DNA of 61,785 nucleotides, counting the filler, from Choristocarpus tenellus KU-1152 (Eukaryota > Protista > Phaeophyceae), in the NCBI GenBank assembly GCA_964200185.2. It is 14 parts of 14 records of this genome, joined end to end, with 100 filler letters (N's around TTAATTAATTAA, not from the genome) between each part and the next. Parts side by side here need not be neighbours in the genome. Positions count along the whole stretch, not along the records: positions 21,953 to 25,177 come from CAXNAD020021420.1; positions 25,278 to 27,920 come from CAXNAD020026013.1; positions 28,021 to 35,605 come from CAXNAD020005930.1; positions 35,706 to 40,947 come from CAXNAD020011379.1; 10 more parts are not named here. The stretch is one strand, 5' to 3'. This document shows, piece by piece, positions 24,493 to 37,337 of this stretch. Made by a program: the position numbers and the translations under genes. Numbering within the stretch: position 1 is the first letter of the stretch; each line of letters begins with the position of its first letter. The notes beneath the pieces were generated by a model that did no database searches, was not told the DNA's origin, and worked only from the letters and a program-made list of their open reading frames with translations.

Positions 24493-24905
24493 ATGCGTGA
24501 GAGGCTACAGCGAAACCGTTTGATGTGCACTTCACATATGGTCATTGTCATAGACCAATCAGCATCCATGAGGAAGACGTCGGGTGTGTTCGACTCTTGC
24601 CACCGATTGCAAACAGTGTTGGGGATGCGCACCCTCAACTTCGTAGCCGACCATCTCCTATTCGGGGAGGTCAACGACACAGACATGGTATATTTAGTTC
24701 AAATGAGCAATGGGGTGGAAATAGACTTCGAGGGGAAACCTACAGGACTCATGCTCTACCACAAGTTTGACAACCTACCTAAGGATGCAAAACCACGATC
24801 ACACAGATATTTTCTATCACCTCTCCAAGAGCCGAAAATCTGGTTTGATGTCACACTCATAGCGGCTGCGCAATCTGACTACTCTTTCTCTCTGACGGCT
24901 AAGCA
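24493..24905 (+). pseudogene. von Willebrand factor A (MIDAS) domain pseudogene, VwkA/alpha-kinase-associated type
   Basis: SHMVIVIDQSASMRK carries the DxSxS MIDAS motif; a downstream LLFLSDG lies in a shifted frame flanked by stops (…ATC TGA CTA CTC TTT CTC TCT GAC GGC TAA). Confidence 0.7.
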
Positions 24906-27834
24906 ATACCTGTACTTCCTGTGCTGGTAGCGCAGCACATGAACAGCGCAGCACACAAACTCATTACCAAAAGAAGCGACGGAATTTTTGAGGGGGGGTG
25001 TAACAATGGGTCTCTCCGCCTAGAGACCCCAACAAGTGCCGGCACAGATTCCCACAAGTGAGGGGTGTTGAACTATCCCACACTGAACCCGCAGCTTTCA
25101 TGATGCTTTAATGAAGGACAAAGAACAGCCTGATGTAGATGAACAATGTTAGAAAGACAAGGGCCTTGGTCTCTACTNNNNNNNNNNNNNNNNNNNNNNN
25201 NNNNNNNNNNNNNNNNNNNNNTTAATTAATTAANNNNNNNNNNNNNNNNNNNNNNNNNNNNNNNNNNNNNNNNNNNNTTACCAGGGCTCTAGCTTTTTTT
25301 TTTCCAAAATTTCATAGGAACGAGAGAGCAGCGGGACTCAAATATAGGGGAAAGAAAAAAAAAACACTGGGATCGGCATGGTTCGAAATACCTTACTAAA
25401 AGCTGCACAATTCTTTCACAATTAGGGTTAGGAAAAAATGTCCACGCTTAGCGTGTACCTGAACTACACCATTGGTAACCGTGGAGTCATTGGAAAACTC
25501 TGTGTAACTGTCATGTAACTGTCATGTAACTGTTGTGGTTCTCCAACTGTACCACGGGTTACGACAACTGCTCTCTGGTTTAGTACTGGTGTCTGATTTC
25601 TTTATTTATTTTTTTCCATAGAGATGGTGTACTGTCTTCGCTGTGAACGAACCATCACCTCTAGTGTTGTGTTCGTCGTGAAGAGGAACTGCTACCACTC
25701 TCTCTCTCTCTCTCTTTTTGCGGCAGCAAGCTTATGTTCACAGAAAACAAGGTGGTGTAGGTCCCTACTAATATCACGTAAGTGTCGAACACAGTGCTTG
25801 TTGTGGTTGTCGTAGGTGGAAGGTCTTTAATCTCTCAACTGACATGCTGGTATTGAAATGCCAAAATGTAGATGATACCGGCGGCGGCGGTAGATCATGC
25901 GGGAAAGGGTTAGACCGCCTGCGACGGTTGTCATCTGGGCCTGTTCCTGCAGGAGAGTATCTCCAAGCATAGAGACCTACTGTCACGCCCTCCCTCATTG
26001 AAATCCACTGCCTCAGTTGAGGTCAGCCAGCCTGCTGCATGGTTGGATTTGCTGATCGTGATGAGTAACCCTTATGATGTACTTATGATGTACTCTAGAT
26101 GAGATGGGGAGAGACGAACCAAGACCTCGCCCTGCCTAGTCCCTCTTCAAGATAAAATAAATCCCCATCTATAGACTATGTGGTTAGGGTTAGGGTTAGG
26201 GTCGCCATGCCGTGATTATCAAATCAAGTACGCAGTAGGCTCATGACGCCTCACGATAGACCCTTGAGAGGATGGAGGGTGATTGCCTTGGCCGAGGCAA
26301 GGGATTCCTCCAACGGGAGATTTGACTGTAGTGGAGGTGGGTCTCTATGCTTGGAAACACACTGGCAACGGGTTGTAGGCCCAGATGCCACCTAGTGCAG
26401 GCAGTCTAGGTCTGTCCTCCATGATCCTCCTCGAGCACCTTGCTTTGTTCGTAATTTCCGTTCCAGCCACCCTCCACACTACTAACATTGACGAGACTTG
26501 AAATCCCCTGGCGAGGATTTTACTGGCGCCATCTCCTCCGGTCCTCTACTGTATTAGCTCTGGGATCATCAAGCTCTCTGAATCTACGTGCTGGAGTCTT
26601 TGCCGAGGACCTGACTGCAATCATCGACCAGGACTGGGTAGTACGTGACGGAGACTGGGGCGATGCAGCCCCTCCAGGCCAACCCCCATAGGTCTGCACC
26701 ATGGTAGTACGTGACGGAGGGGACACCAATACGACACCAATACGGGCGCTTAAGTTGAGCTGTGAAGGCGTGTCTATGACGGATTGTGTCAGTCACTGCG
26801 CAAACAGCAATCTCCAGGTTTATCGCGCAGTCTTTAACTGGAGAAGCACTGGGTCGACTGGCTAACGGGACTCGACCGACTCTTTGCCTCTCTTCCCTTG
26901 CCTCTAGGCTCTGCCTAAATGGTGTCAGGTTTTTTGGGGCCGTTTCAACTGCAGTTGTCCCTTCTTGACTATTGACTTCTTACTTTTTTTTACTATTTTG
27001 TTGTTGCTCTAAAACACAATTCTTGTTGGTGTGTCCAGTATGCTCTCGTTGTGTTTGTAAGAGGACCAGACCTTGTCGTTGTGTTTGTTGTGTTTGTTGC
27101 ATTCTCTTTTTTTGATGTTTTGATCTTTCCCCGCAGGTTGACATGTGGGAAATGTCAGTGGCTGTAATGATACATAAGAGCTTATATACGTATATATATA
27201 TATATATATATGTACAAAATGGGTAGTTCTATTTTGGGGGAGAGGAACGTATGTGAGCATTTATTTATTTTTAATTCCGCCCGTTTTTTCTTCTTCTGTG
27301 CATCCATCCGCATGCGAGAGAGAGCTGCCAGATTAAACTCTTGAGTACACATGTAACTCAAGAAGTGTCCTCTACCCACATAAAGTTGGGGCAAAAAATA
27401 CATGAAAATGTGGCGAGCATATCTAACGACAATCGATTGTGCGTGCGTGGTGCACTCCTTCACTCTGTCCCGATTTTTTACCGTAAACGCGCAAATAAAA
27501 ACGAAGTACCGATCGGTGCTTCTTTTTTTTTGTGTGTGTGTGTGTGCACTGTACATTTTATTCTTGAAACAAAGTCTGTCCGTACCTTACCGCTCGCCCG
27601 ATGCGATTGGCCAGGAGACCGTTTTTTTTTTTTTTCGTGCCCTGTGATTGGTCAGAGCGTTTTATCTTTTCCGTTTAGTACGTACAGTTTTTTGTTACCT
27701 TTTTTTTATTTCTTTGTTGGCCACCGACCGCCCTCTGGTGTTAGCTGTAGTACGTCACACGTAGGGCCGGAGGTCCCTTCAGGTGGTACATGACTTTTGA
27801 AAAAATCTTCTTGCTTTCACCAATGTAGATATAA

Positions 27835-27920
27835 GGCTCAAAGTATATGAAGGGGGGGGGGGCTGTCTATTCGGGGTCAATTTGTTCGTGCCGTGATTTT
27901 TGTGTGATTTGGTTGTGCAT
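27835..27920 (+). mobile_element. MITE family B, partial
   Basis: GGCTCAAAGTATATGAAGGGGG...GGCTGTCTATTCGGGGTCAATTT...GATTTGGTTG; cut by linker. Confidence 0.85.
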
Positions 27921-28028
27921 NNNNNNNNNNNNNNNNNNNNNNNNNNNNNNNNNNNNNNNNNNNNTTAATTAATTAANNNNNNNNNNNNNNNNNNNNNNNN
28001 NNNNNNNNNNNNNNNNNNNNCAAACTAG

Positions 28029-28211
28029 CCCCCCCCCCCTTTGTGGATAGGCCTCACTCTTCGACAGTCAACTCAATAAAGCACATTCCACGTACATATT
28101 AGCCCCCCCTGTGTGGATAGGTCTCACTCTTCAACAGTCAACTCAATAAAGCACATTCCACATACACATCACCTCGGCAAAGGACCACGCTTCTTTGGGA
28201 GCGTGCGAACA
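28029..28211 (+). repeat. Dispersed repeat family F with local duplication
   Basis: CCCCCCTTGTGGATAGGTCTCACTCTTC...GCACATTC occurs twice here and again at 58597-58706 (…GGAGCGTGCGAACAA). Confidence 0.8.
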
Positions 28212-29214
28212 ACGCCTGGTGCATATCAAGAAAAACTTCAAAACAAAAACACCAAACGGAAACGATCAAAAGTCAATTTCCAAATTGACGTGCCCCGTAC
28301 CATAGCCAAAGACCGCCATGGAATTAGGGTTAGGGCTAGCAATACTTCAGGTCTGTACTACGTATGCATTGGAGTGTGCAGCATCGTGTATCATAATTTT
28401 GATAATTAGTATTATTGAGACCAGAATATCACAAATACCACCATCATGACCTTGTGTTCTCAAATAGCTTTGCCAGACAGGGGTAGGGTTAGGGATCAGG
28501 AAGACGCCAATCGTACGGGTGAAGACGTGGGATGGTCTGTCTTCTTACGACCTTTTTTTTTTGTCAACTTCAATAAAATCAGCACTGATAATAATCAATC
28601 GATTACGGAACAAATCGTCGTCAACGGACCGACAGGTAATTCATTTTTTGTTCACTTTTTCTTACAGGAATTTTGTTTTTTATTTCATGCAAAAACTGAA
28701 AATTTTAATATCCACGACGAGAAAAAATCTGGGCTGTCCAATTAGTTCCACCTGTGGTTCAAAATATGTGAGTGCACACTAATCTGAACGGCATTCCAGT
28801 TTGTGGGGAGGGGGGGGGAAGGAATTTTCTCTTCTTTTTTACATGTGGTTTGATAAATATCAAGTGACGTGATATCCCGCTTTCCTGATGCTCCTGAGGG
28901 TCTTACATTACATACTTTAAAATAGAGGATTCCTCTGATCAGCATCAGTTCAAACAGGTCATGTGGATTAAGAAAACATGGCATTGAGTGAAGGCATATT
29001 CTTGCCGTTTGACAAGAGGACACATAGAACAGGCAGACGAAGTTGGACTTCTCTGAGACTTAGGGTATCCTCGTAGAGCTCTAGTGGGCTGTTGCAATAC
29101 CCCCACAAAAGTGTTGAAAATCAAATACCAGCTTGAGCGTGTGTTCGAACTGACGCTGAACAAAGGGAGAGGATATGTGATTTCTTTTAATTGACAGAAT
29201 AGAAAGACAATTAG

Positions 29215-29304
29215 TATAGTAGCAGCAGTGGTGGTACTAGCGGTAGTAGTAGTAGTATTGGTCGTGGTAGTAGTGGTAGTGGTAGTGGTAGAAGTAGTAG
29301 TAGT

Positions 29305-29345
<41 letters not shown>

Positions 29346-29545
29346 TAGTAGTGTTAGTAGTGGTTGAGGTAGTAGTAGCAGCAATAGTAGTATTGGTAGC
29401 AGTAGTGGTAGTGGTAGTGTTAGTAGTAGTGGTAGTGGTAGTAGTAGTGGTAGTGGTAGTAATAGTAGTAATAGCAGTAGTAGTAGTAATGATAGCAGTA
29501 GTGGTAGTAGCAGTGGTAGTAATAGTGGTAGTAGTAGTGGTAGCA
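29215..29545. repeat. Compound trinucleotide microsatellite (GTA/GTG/GCA)n
   Basis: Read directly; it produces the spurious poly-V and poly-L ORFs. Confidence 0.97.
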
Positions 29546-30283
29546 ATATAATAATGGAGAATTCCTCCTCTAGCTCAGATCTTCAGCATTTGGAAGGGAT
29601 CACTCTATGCACCTCTTTAACAACTTTACTACAGGGTGCCTCTAAAAACTACAAAAATCAGACACAAAACTGTACAACATTGTAGCAAAAAAAAAAGGAG
29701 TCAACCAACTAATTTATTAGAGTAATAATAAAGACATTAATGTCGAAATACAATGAATCGTTACATTTTTCTATATATGTATAAAGTTAGATACATACAG
29801 CACTCATAACAATAAGAAACACTACACAGTAAGGAGCACTCTCTAAGAATTTCAAACAAAAGTCATTATTATTATTATTATGACACTACTATCATCGATT
29901 CCTTCGGCAGGGAACCCTAACCCTACAAAAAAAATGGATACATCGCAGCGGCAATATTCCAAAAGGAAACAATTACACCAAGGTGGAGGGGTTGGGAGGG
30001 GGCACACATGCATGCGTACACACACACTCCAGAGTACATACATACACAAACAGAGATACAAGCACAATAGAGGCAAGGCACAAGCAACAAACAGCAGGCC
30101 CTAACACAACAAACTTATCGGAATTAAAAAGTAACTCTCGAGATTCTCATGGAAAATGAAAGAAAAAAAAATTGTACAAAACAAAAGCTTTTTTTTTAAC
30201 AGAGTGCAAAAACAAAAGAAAAAATTCAAATCATCCCGTACACTACAAGTACCATATGTTTCGACTATATTTTCATCTCATAC

Positions 30284-32531
30284 CTCAAGTATATCCTCCA
30301 TCTTGTCTGCAGTCCCCATCCCCACCCCAATCCCTTCCTCTGACCCTGCCTCGACCTCACCCCTTGCTTCAGCCACAGCACCAGCTCTAGCCCTACTCAG
30401 CCCAGCCACGGAATCACCCTTTCCCCCCTTCACACTGGTGGGGATAATGAAGAACCCTCCCCCATGCTTTGCCCGGTGGGCTTCCATCATGCCCTGGAGC
30501 TGGGCACGGTGTTGCATCTCGAGGGGCTGTGTAGGCAAGTAATGCAATATTTTGTTAGCAGTAAGGGTTAGAGTTAGTGATAGGGTTTAGTGTCAGGGTT
30601 CAGTGTTAGGGTTTGGGTTTAGGGTTAGGGTTTAGTGCTAGGGTTTTGTGTTAGGATTTAGTGTTAGGGTGAAGGTCAAAGTCGTGGTCACAGCTCTGGG
30701 CAAAAAAATTGTGTTGGCAATGTGAAAGAGGATGGGATGACCGCAGACACATCGATCTATTTTACGTCTGCTGGACTGGACTTGGGATCAAGTGTATGTT
30801 TAGGGTTAGGGATAGGGTTAGGTGTTGGGGTTGGGTTTCAAATTGGGTGAGTGTGACGTGCCTTGAGACATGCTGGAGAAGCAAGGTCTTGCAAATCATA
30901 AGGTTTAAAAAATAAGAAAATACCTACAAAAAAGAAAAAAAAATGAGCATGTGCTCAACTCGAGATGGAAGACTGCAACTAATTGTAAAGCTATATTCAG
31001 GATTATTTTTCAAGAGAACACAGGGTGCAAAGTGTACTCACTGAACAACGCTCCATTTTTTTGCAAAAAAGGAAATGACAATCACATTGAAATTTCTATC
31101 CCCATCTTTATTTTCATATATATTTTTATTTCTCCGGTTTTTTTAAAAGTCCAGACCTTGGTTGGACTGATCACACACACGGTGGGCTAGAAATATAAAA
31201 AGAAATAGATTATACATCTCTCCCATCCCTCTCACCTCATAGAGGGTCAAGCAATAACCAAACATGTGCTGTCCATTTGCCCTCGTGTGAACAAACGTGA
31301 AGAATCGAGGCAGCATCATCTCTGTACTCAACTTGAAACCGCCTGTGCAATGATGCAGAATACCAACCCACCGGTTCATCCATCCCATCAACCCACCCCA
31401 CACATAATACACATTGCCACCATACAAAGGACCGCATATATTTCACACACAGTTAAGAGGAAGAAGTCGGTTTAGGGTTAGGGAATTGGGGTTGAGATTA
31501 GGGTTTACGATGGGATTAGCATTGGCATTGGGAGGGACTTCACAATATTTTGAACAAAAAGATGGAATATAAGGAGGGGCACTTCAGCAGCTATAATGGA
31601 CCAAGTAAATAATATAGTCTACTCATGCAATCTTTCCAGAAATGGTCAATTTGGAAGAAATATTTGATGTAACCATGATGGACACAAGGAGTCATTCTGA
31701 ACACAACATATTGCACCTTCTGCTTCACTTGGACTATGCTGTTCACACTATATTGGAATGTGAAAAGGGGGCATCCACAATGACAAGTAGCTGGCAAGTG
31801 ATGTGTAAATGTCATTCATAAGCTGTCCCACTTTGCCTATCTTCATCTTCTTCTGCATTCTCATGTGAGTAACTGCCCACAACCAACCCTAGTAGCTATG
31901 ACAAGCATACATTGCAATACTAGCACATGTCATCAGCTGTAGATCTGTCCCTAGACAATGATCAATTTTGTGTTACTCCACTCAAGGAAAACGGACTTGA
32001 CAGGGGAGAGATTGGGAAACACGGAAGAGTGAGTAGGGGAATACAAAGAAACGCACATATATGTTCATTTACCCAGAGTAAAACTCACCAGGGAAGCAGA
32101 AGAGTGCCAAGTTAGTTGGGAAGGGGCTGTCATCGTGGTCATAAAGAGGGAATCGGTGCAGCACCCGAGATCGGAACTTAGCTCGGAGGGGAGACTCTAA
32201 CCCTGCTGCCCCCGCCGTGGAAGTACGGTCCTCCCCGAGCTCAAAGCTCCCATAGGTTCTCCTCCTCTCCAAACGTGGGAAAGGGGTAGGGGGAAGGTCC
32301 CCGGCCTCAGCAGGGTCAATTCCGCTGTTAACCACGTCCATTGACATTGAAGCTGAGATACTCCCTTCCCCGACAGACTCTGACGCAGATGTTGAAGCAG
32401 TCCGAGGAGGAGCGGGAGAAGGGGAGGAGGTATGGGCTCGTGGTTCAGGGCTAGGCAGTCCATCCGCTGCCTGAAGAAGGAGGTCCTCCCCAAGTCCAAC
32501 CACTGCAAAGTACTCGTTTAGTCGGGGATTC
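30284..32531 (-). CDS. DENN-domain Rab GEF, partial (uDENN); exons 32531-32089, 31342-31236, 30526-30284
   Basis: Spliced peptide EYFAVVGL…RVLHRFPLYDHDDSPFPTNLALFCFP-G-GFKLSTEMMLPRFFTFVHTRANGQHMFGYCLTLYE-PLEMQHRAQLQ… has the uDENN motifs; canonical GT-AG sites with consistent phases (1, 0). Confidence 0.9.
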
Positions 32532-33703
32532 CTGGGAGTAGGGGTTGGCAAAGGGCAGTGGTCAAGTCGAAGGGTTGATAGTCACTTGAAGTCTTCGGCA
32601 GAGAGAACTCAGCAGGGGTTGAGTGCAGGGGTTGAGTGGCGTAGGGGGGCATTTTATTCGAGAAGGGGGGTAAGAGAAAAACTACTTTTCTCTGGTGTGA
32701 AGATGCGTGTTGGAGGTAGGCGCGGTGATGACCCCCATGTCGGAGAAGGCCTAGGATAAAAAGGGACCTCAAATCCCCACTTTCTCCTGTACAAATTAGA
32801 CTAAGAGATGATTAATGACACTATAGCAAGTTCTAAGACAGAAATAACCCATAACCAACGTCAAACAGGCTCATAATGCGATGGTCTACCCGCGGCCAAA
32901 GAATAATGTGGATGCTCTATGTGTACCGAAAGGGCAGATGTTGGGAAGGGTTGGCAAATATACATAAGCCAGGAAGCCTTCAGTATTTTCTGCCATAGAA
33001 ACCACATTACTACACCTTCGCTGGTTCACCGACAGACTTTGGTTCGCGAAGAAGTTCATGACCAAACAGGGGTTTTGCTCATTGATATGTCAGGAGTTAT
33101 ACTTAAACTGCGTTCCAAGTGCAATCTCTCTAAGCACACAATTGGATTTCCTTCCAATCCAGTCCAGCGCAAACTAAATTTCAGGACAAGGCTACCACTT
33201 CAAGGTTCCGCAAAGGTGATACGTTTGGGGACACATTCCAATATCTCCCTAAGACCTCCATTTAACTTAAAATTTGGTTTCCGTTTCGTTTGGAAAATTG
33301 TGTAGTTTGTTGTTTGTCCAATATGATGTATCGCCCACTGGTTGTATCGTCAAACAGACGATGTATTGATATTTTACGATCGATTATGTGTTGTTGGATG
33401 TTGGTGATCAATAACGTTCCACTCACCTCAAATGTTTCTTGGAGGTTTCCTCAATAATAAAAACGGCATCACCACCAAGACCCCCCACGCTGTATCTGGA
33501 AGGGATGGGGACGCTTCAAACCTGAAGTACTCCAGACTCTGCAATACCGATGCATGAGGTGGGCAATAAGAACCATTACGCCCAACTCAGTGCCTAACAA
33601 TACCAATTCCTGCGGGCCTACACTGAGCTCCACAAATGGAAACGTAAGGACCATGGAGTGTGGTACAGAGAAACCCTTTATATAATTTAGGGGACAAGAG
33701 GTA

Positions 33704-33889
33704 TACTGGAACCGAAATGCCCAATCTTATAAAATAGAGGCACCCCACTCATCATATTTGTTACTCATGTGCAATTTACTCGGTTTGAATTTTATGTATT
33801 CATGGTTAGGGTTAGGGTTAGGGTTGGGTTAGAATAACAATTGTGAGCAGGGGTGCCTCTATAAACCTGGGCACCTTACGTGTCCAGTA
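33704..33889. mobile_element. Palindromic MITE-like element with a (GGTTAG)n core
   Basis: Imperfect ~55-bp inverted arms 33704-33763 and 33835-33889 (TA-CTGGA…ATAGAGGCACCCC…TTGTTA); TA at both ends; TTAGGG x3 inside. Confidence 0.65.
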
Positions 33890-35837
33890 AATCTCCTTAA
33901 TAGGACTGGATGTAAGTGCGTTGAGTTCAGTGTCCACAAAGGTGTGCTGCTATTAGCAAGTTTCAAGTTGTGAATGGACGATGATCGCTTGCCCAAGAGC
34001 CTTCATACTTGGAGAACTCAATTCCCAGAAACCAAAGAGGGAGAAGGGAGGTCCAAAGAAAGACTGGTGATGGTGCCTCTACAACAACCTCAGTCTGGAC
34101 TTTTGTCATCACAACTGATCGGCGGTTTCTCTTCCAGAAGAGTCCAACAAGTGGCACAGATGTGTGGATGATGGAGCTAAATGCTTCATGGATGCTTGGC
34201 ATACAGCTGAGTGACGTCGAAGTAGTCACAGTCAGTCACACTAAAGTGCCCTTGGTCACTATCCACGTGTGATGTAAATACCTTTTTTTGATCTTCTCTT
34301 TTCTTCCTTTATTTCTTTGTTCTTGGAGAGGAAGGGGACTGGGTTCATTTGCCTATCCTATGCTACTCTTGGTGTTGATGGCAGTAGGTTGTATTTACCG
34401 AGTGTAAGGACTAAGCCTAGATGCTCTGAAGTGCTTATGGATATGTTATCCTTGAACAAATTTTGGTCCTTGACTGGAGTTGATCCTTGAATTGCGCATT
34501 TATTTCTGTTTATTTTTTTCTTCTCTATATATAGACTTGACCAAAGGATATGCTGTTACAGCACGCTCCAAATCTTAACTCCATGGGATATATAGCTCCA
34601 GTCCACACAGCCTATAGATGATGTTGATGCCTGTACAGGACTTCTGAGGTACACTGACAGCCTAAGGTCCAGCAAGGATGGTGAATATCAGGTCAGCAGA
34701 TGAAGGTACACTATCATTTAAATGTAAGGGTACGACAGAGATTAATGAGTGTGAGGACAAGTTCTGCCTTGATCCATTAAATATATTCTTCGATATTACA
34801 CATGTTGAAATACATCTAAAAATCGATATTTATTCTAAGTTACAGCTAGATGTCAAATCAGACTACCTCAATTGGGGGTTCCACGCGCATGTTTACTGAT
34901 CGCAATGGTTAGAGCGCGAGTACAAATACTTGCGTCATTTATGTATAACAGCAGGTTATATCTATGAGGTGTGAAGACTTAAGTTAGATGATGTGGAGTT
35001 TACTTGGATATTTGCCGCTTCTTGAACCAGATAGTCTTTCATATTGGACGTGATCCTTCAATTGATCCTTTCTTTCTACTTACTTTTTCTTATCTCTATG
35101 AAATTGAATGATGGACCTGCCCTTTTCAGCTTTTCTTTCTTTCATATTTTCTTTTTTCTGTGGACTTGGCTAGTGGATTCGTCTTTTTTTGATAAATAGA
35201 TCCTACGTCTTGTTTTTCCTCTATTTTGTACTGTCTTTCATAACTACGGTTGGTACAGTACCTACCCCGATTTTGTTCACCCATGGGCATGCCCGAAACA
35301 AGCGGCACAGAGTTGATGTGGTACAATATCGTTTTTGTAGTAATTAATCGTGGTGAGCTGGGAAATCAATCGTCGAAGCGACTAATTAATCGTGATGAGA
35401 ATCGTGGAATCGAGTGATTAATCGTGGTGAGCTAGGAAATGAATCGTAAGCTTCATGGATAGGATGGAAACGATTACGAGTGCTTTTTTTTAATGATATT
35501 TATGTGTTAATGCGCATCTCCCGCCTCGCCATAAGGAAAGAGAATACTGCATTTACCTTCTACCTCAGAGTCTCTGCAGTCTTTCGAAAACATATTGTCG
35601 CTCTCNNNNNNNNNNNNNNNNNNNNNNNNNNNNNNNNNNNNNNNNNNNNTTAATTAATTAANNNNNNNNNNNNNNNNNNNNNNNNNNNNNNNNNNNNNNN
35701 NNNNNATAGAGGAAGATAAAGCGCGATTGGGGGTGGTGTGGGGGGGGGGGGGGGGGGGGGGGGGGTGGGTGGGGGGGGTCTACAAGTATTTTATATTTTT
35801 CTTATTCAGGACTAGAACTCTACTGTTAACATCGCAC

Positions 35838-37306
35838 CAGAGGCTCTGGTTGCATAGAATGTGGCTTAGACTCTTGGTGCCCACAGTCCTGGTTCCTCTC
35901 CCTAGTCTCCCGATTTGCCCATGCTGCTGCAAAAGCTTCAGCCATCTTTTCGTAGTCCTCAACACGATATGAATGACCATCATCAAAGACCTCATCCTCC
36001 TGCGGCGTTGTTTGGAGTTAGGTTCAGGACTGGTACTTGGAGTTAGGTTCAGGACTGGTACTTGGAGTTGGACTGGGACTGAGACTGAGGTGGACCTTTA
36101 TCAAAAAGGCAGAAAATACCTTACTGTGAACGGTAGCAATTGAATCACTAAAACTCAAACAAATCAAATATAATCAACATCCGAAATTGAGGGGTTAAAT
36201 TCAATTGGATAGTTCTCATGCGTATGCTCGAAGCACTTTCTCGTCCCAGTACCCCCACGGTGCTCAACAGTTGACACACACCCTTCATAATCTGTGCTCA
36301 TATTTCAATTCATATTTCAATTCATATTTCAATTCATATTTCAATTCATATTTCAATTCATATTTCAATTCATATTTCAATTCATATTTCAATTCATATT
36401 TCAATTCATATTTCAATTCAAACATAAAAATCACGTTAAAGGGTTTTGGACCAATCTGACCTAAACTCACCAATATTTCAATTCACAAAAAAATTAGAAA
36501 GAGGCTGTGTGTGTGAATCAGAAACAGCCACAATAACACCTGAGACAAGCACATGGGAAAACAGCACATAGAACACTCCACACTCGCGCACTTGTAAATC
36601 CATTCCTACAGCTACAGAGAGACATTTATCTATATTTCAATCCCACTCACATTTCCAAGATTGTGGAGGGCCTGCTTTTTGGTGGGGACCACCTTGAGTG
36701 CATGAAGTTTGGGATCCACTTTGGGAGGGTTCCAACCCTTGGGCGGCACTATCTTAGCTATGCCATATACCATCCCCCTTTCCCGAATGGACTCAATATA
36801 CCTAGCATTTGAAACAAAACCAGGAAACATGTAAGGTACAAAACACATGCATAAGTTCAAACACATGAAGTAACATTTAAAAAAAAAACTCAATAACATA
36901 CATCAGTACACACGTAAGCAAATGAGAAAAAGCAAAAAAAACTCGAAATAGACATATCCAAGAAAGCACTTACAAAGAGCCAAAAAAGGGTTGGTGAAAA
37001 GGGAAAGAGATGAGTGGGGAAGACTATTACGTCCACAGTGGGTGATACCCATCGAGGGTGGATACTATGAGCACACGATGAAGCCAGATAAAAAATATAT
37101 ATATCTTGATGCACTTCTCTTAGTGATTTTTAAACAAGCAGGCAACTGAGGTGGTACACGTAAGCAGAACCCACCACCATGCAACCTGCACTGTGTAGAA
37201 TCATCACCTCTTAAATGAACTCCCAAGCACTAGCGTCTCAAAGAACGGGGCTCGCTCTCTTGACTATGTACACATTTAGTACATACTCACACATTGTGTA
37301 TGTTTT

Positions 37307-37337
<31 letters not shown>

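Noticed and set aside
29211-29551. Poly-Leu / poly-Val membrane ORFs
   Set aside because: Translations of a trinucleotide microsatellite.
33040-33260. Chromo-shadow-like peptide on the minus strand (VPKRI…LKFSLRWTG…INEQNPCLVMNFF)
   Set aside because: Needs a stop, a frameshift and an oversized insertion; similarity too weak by eye.
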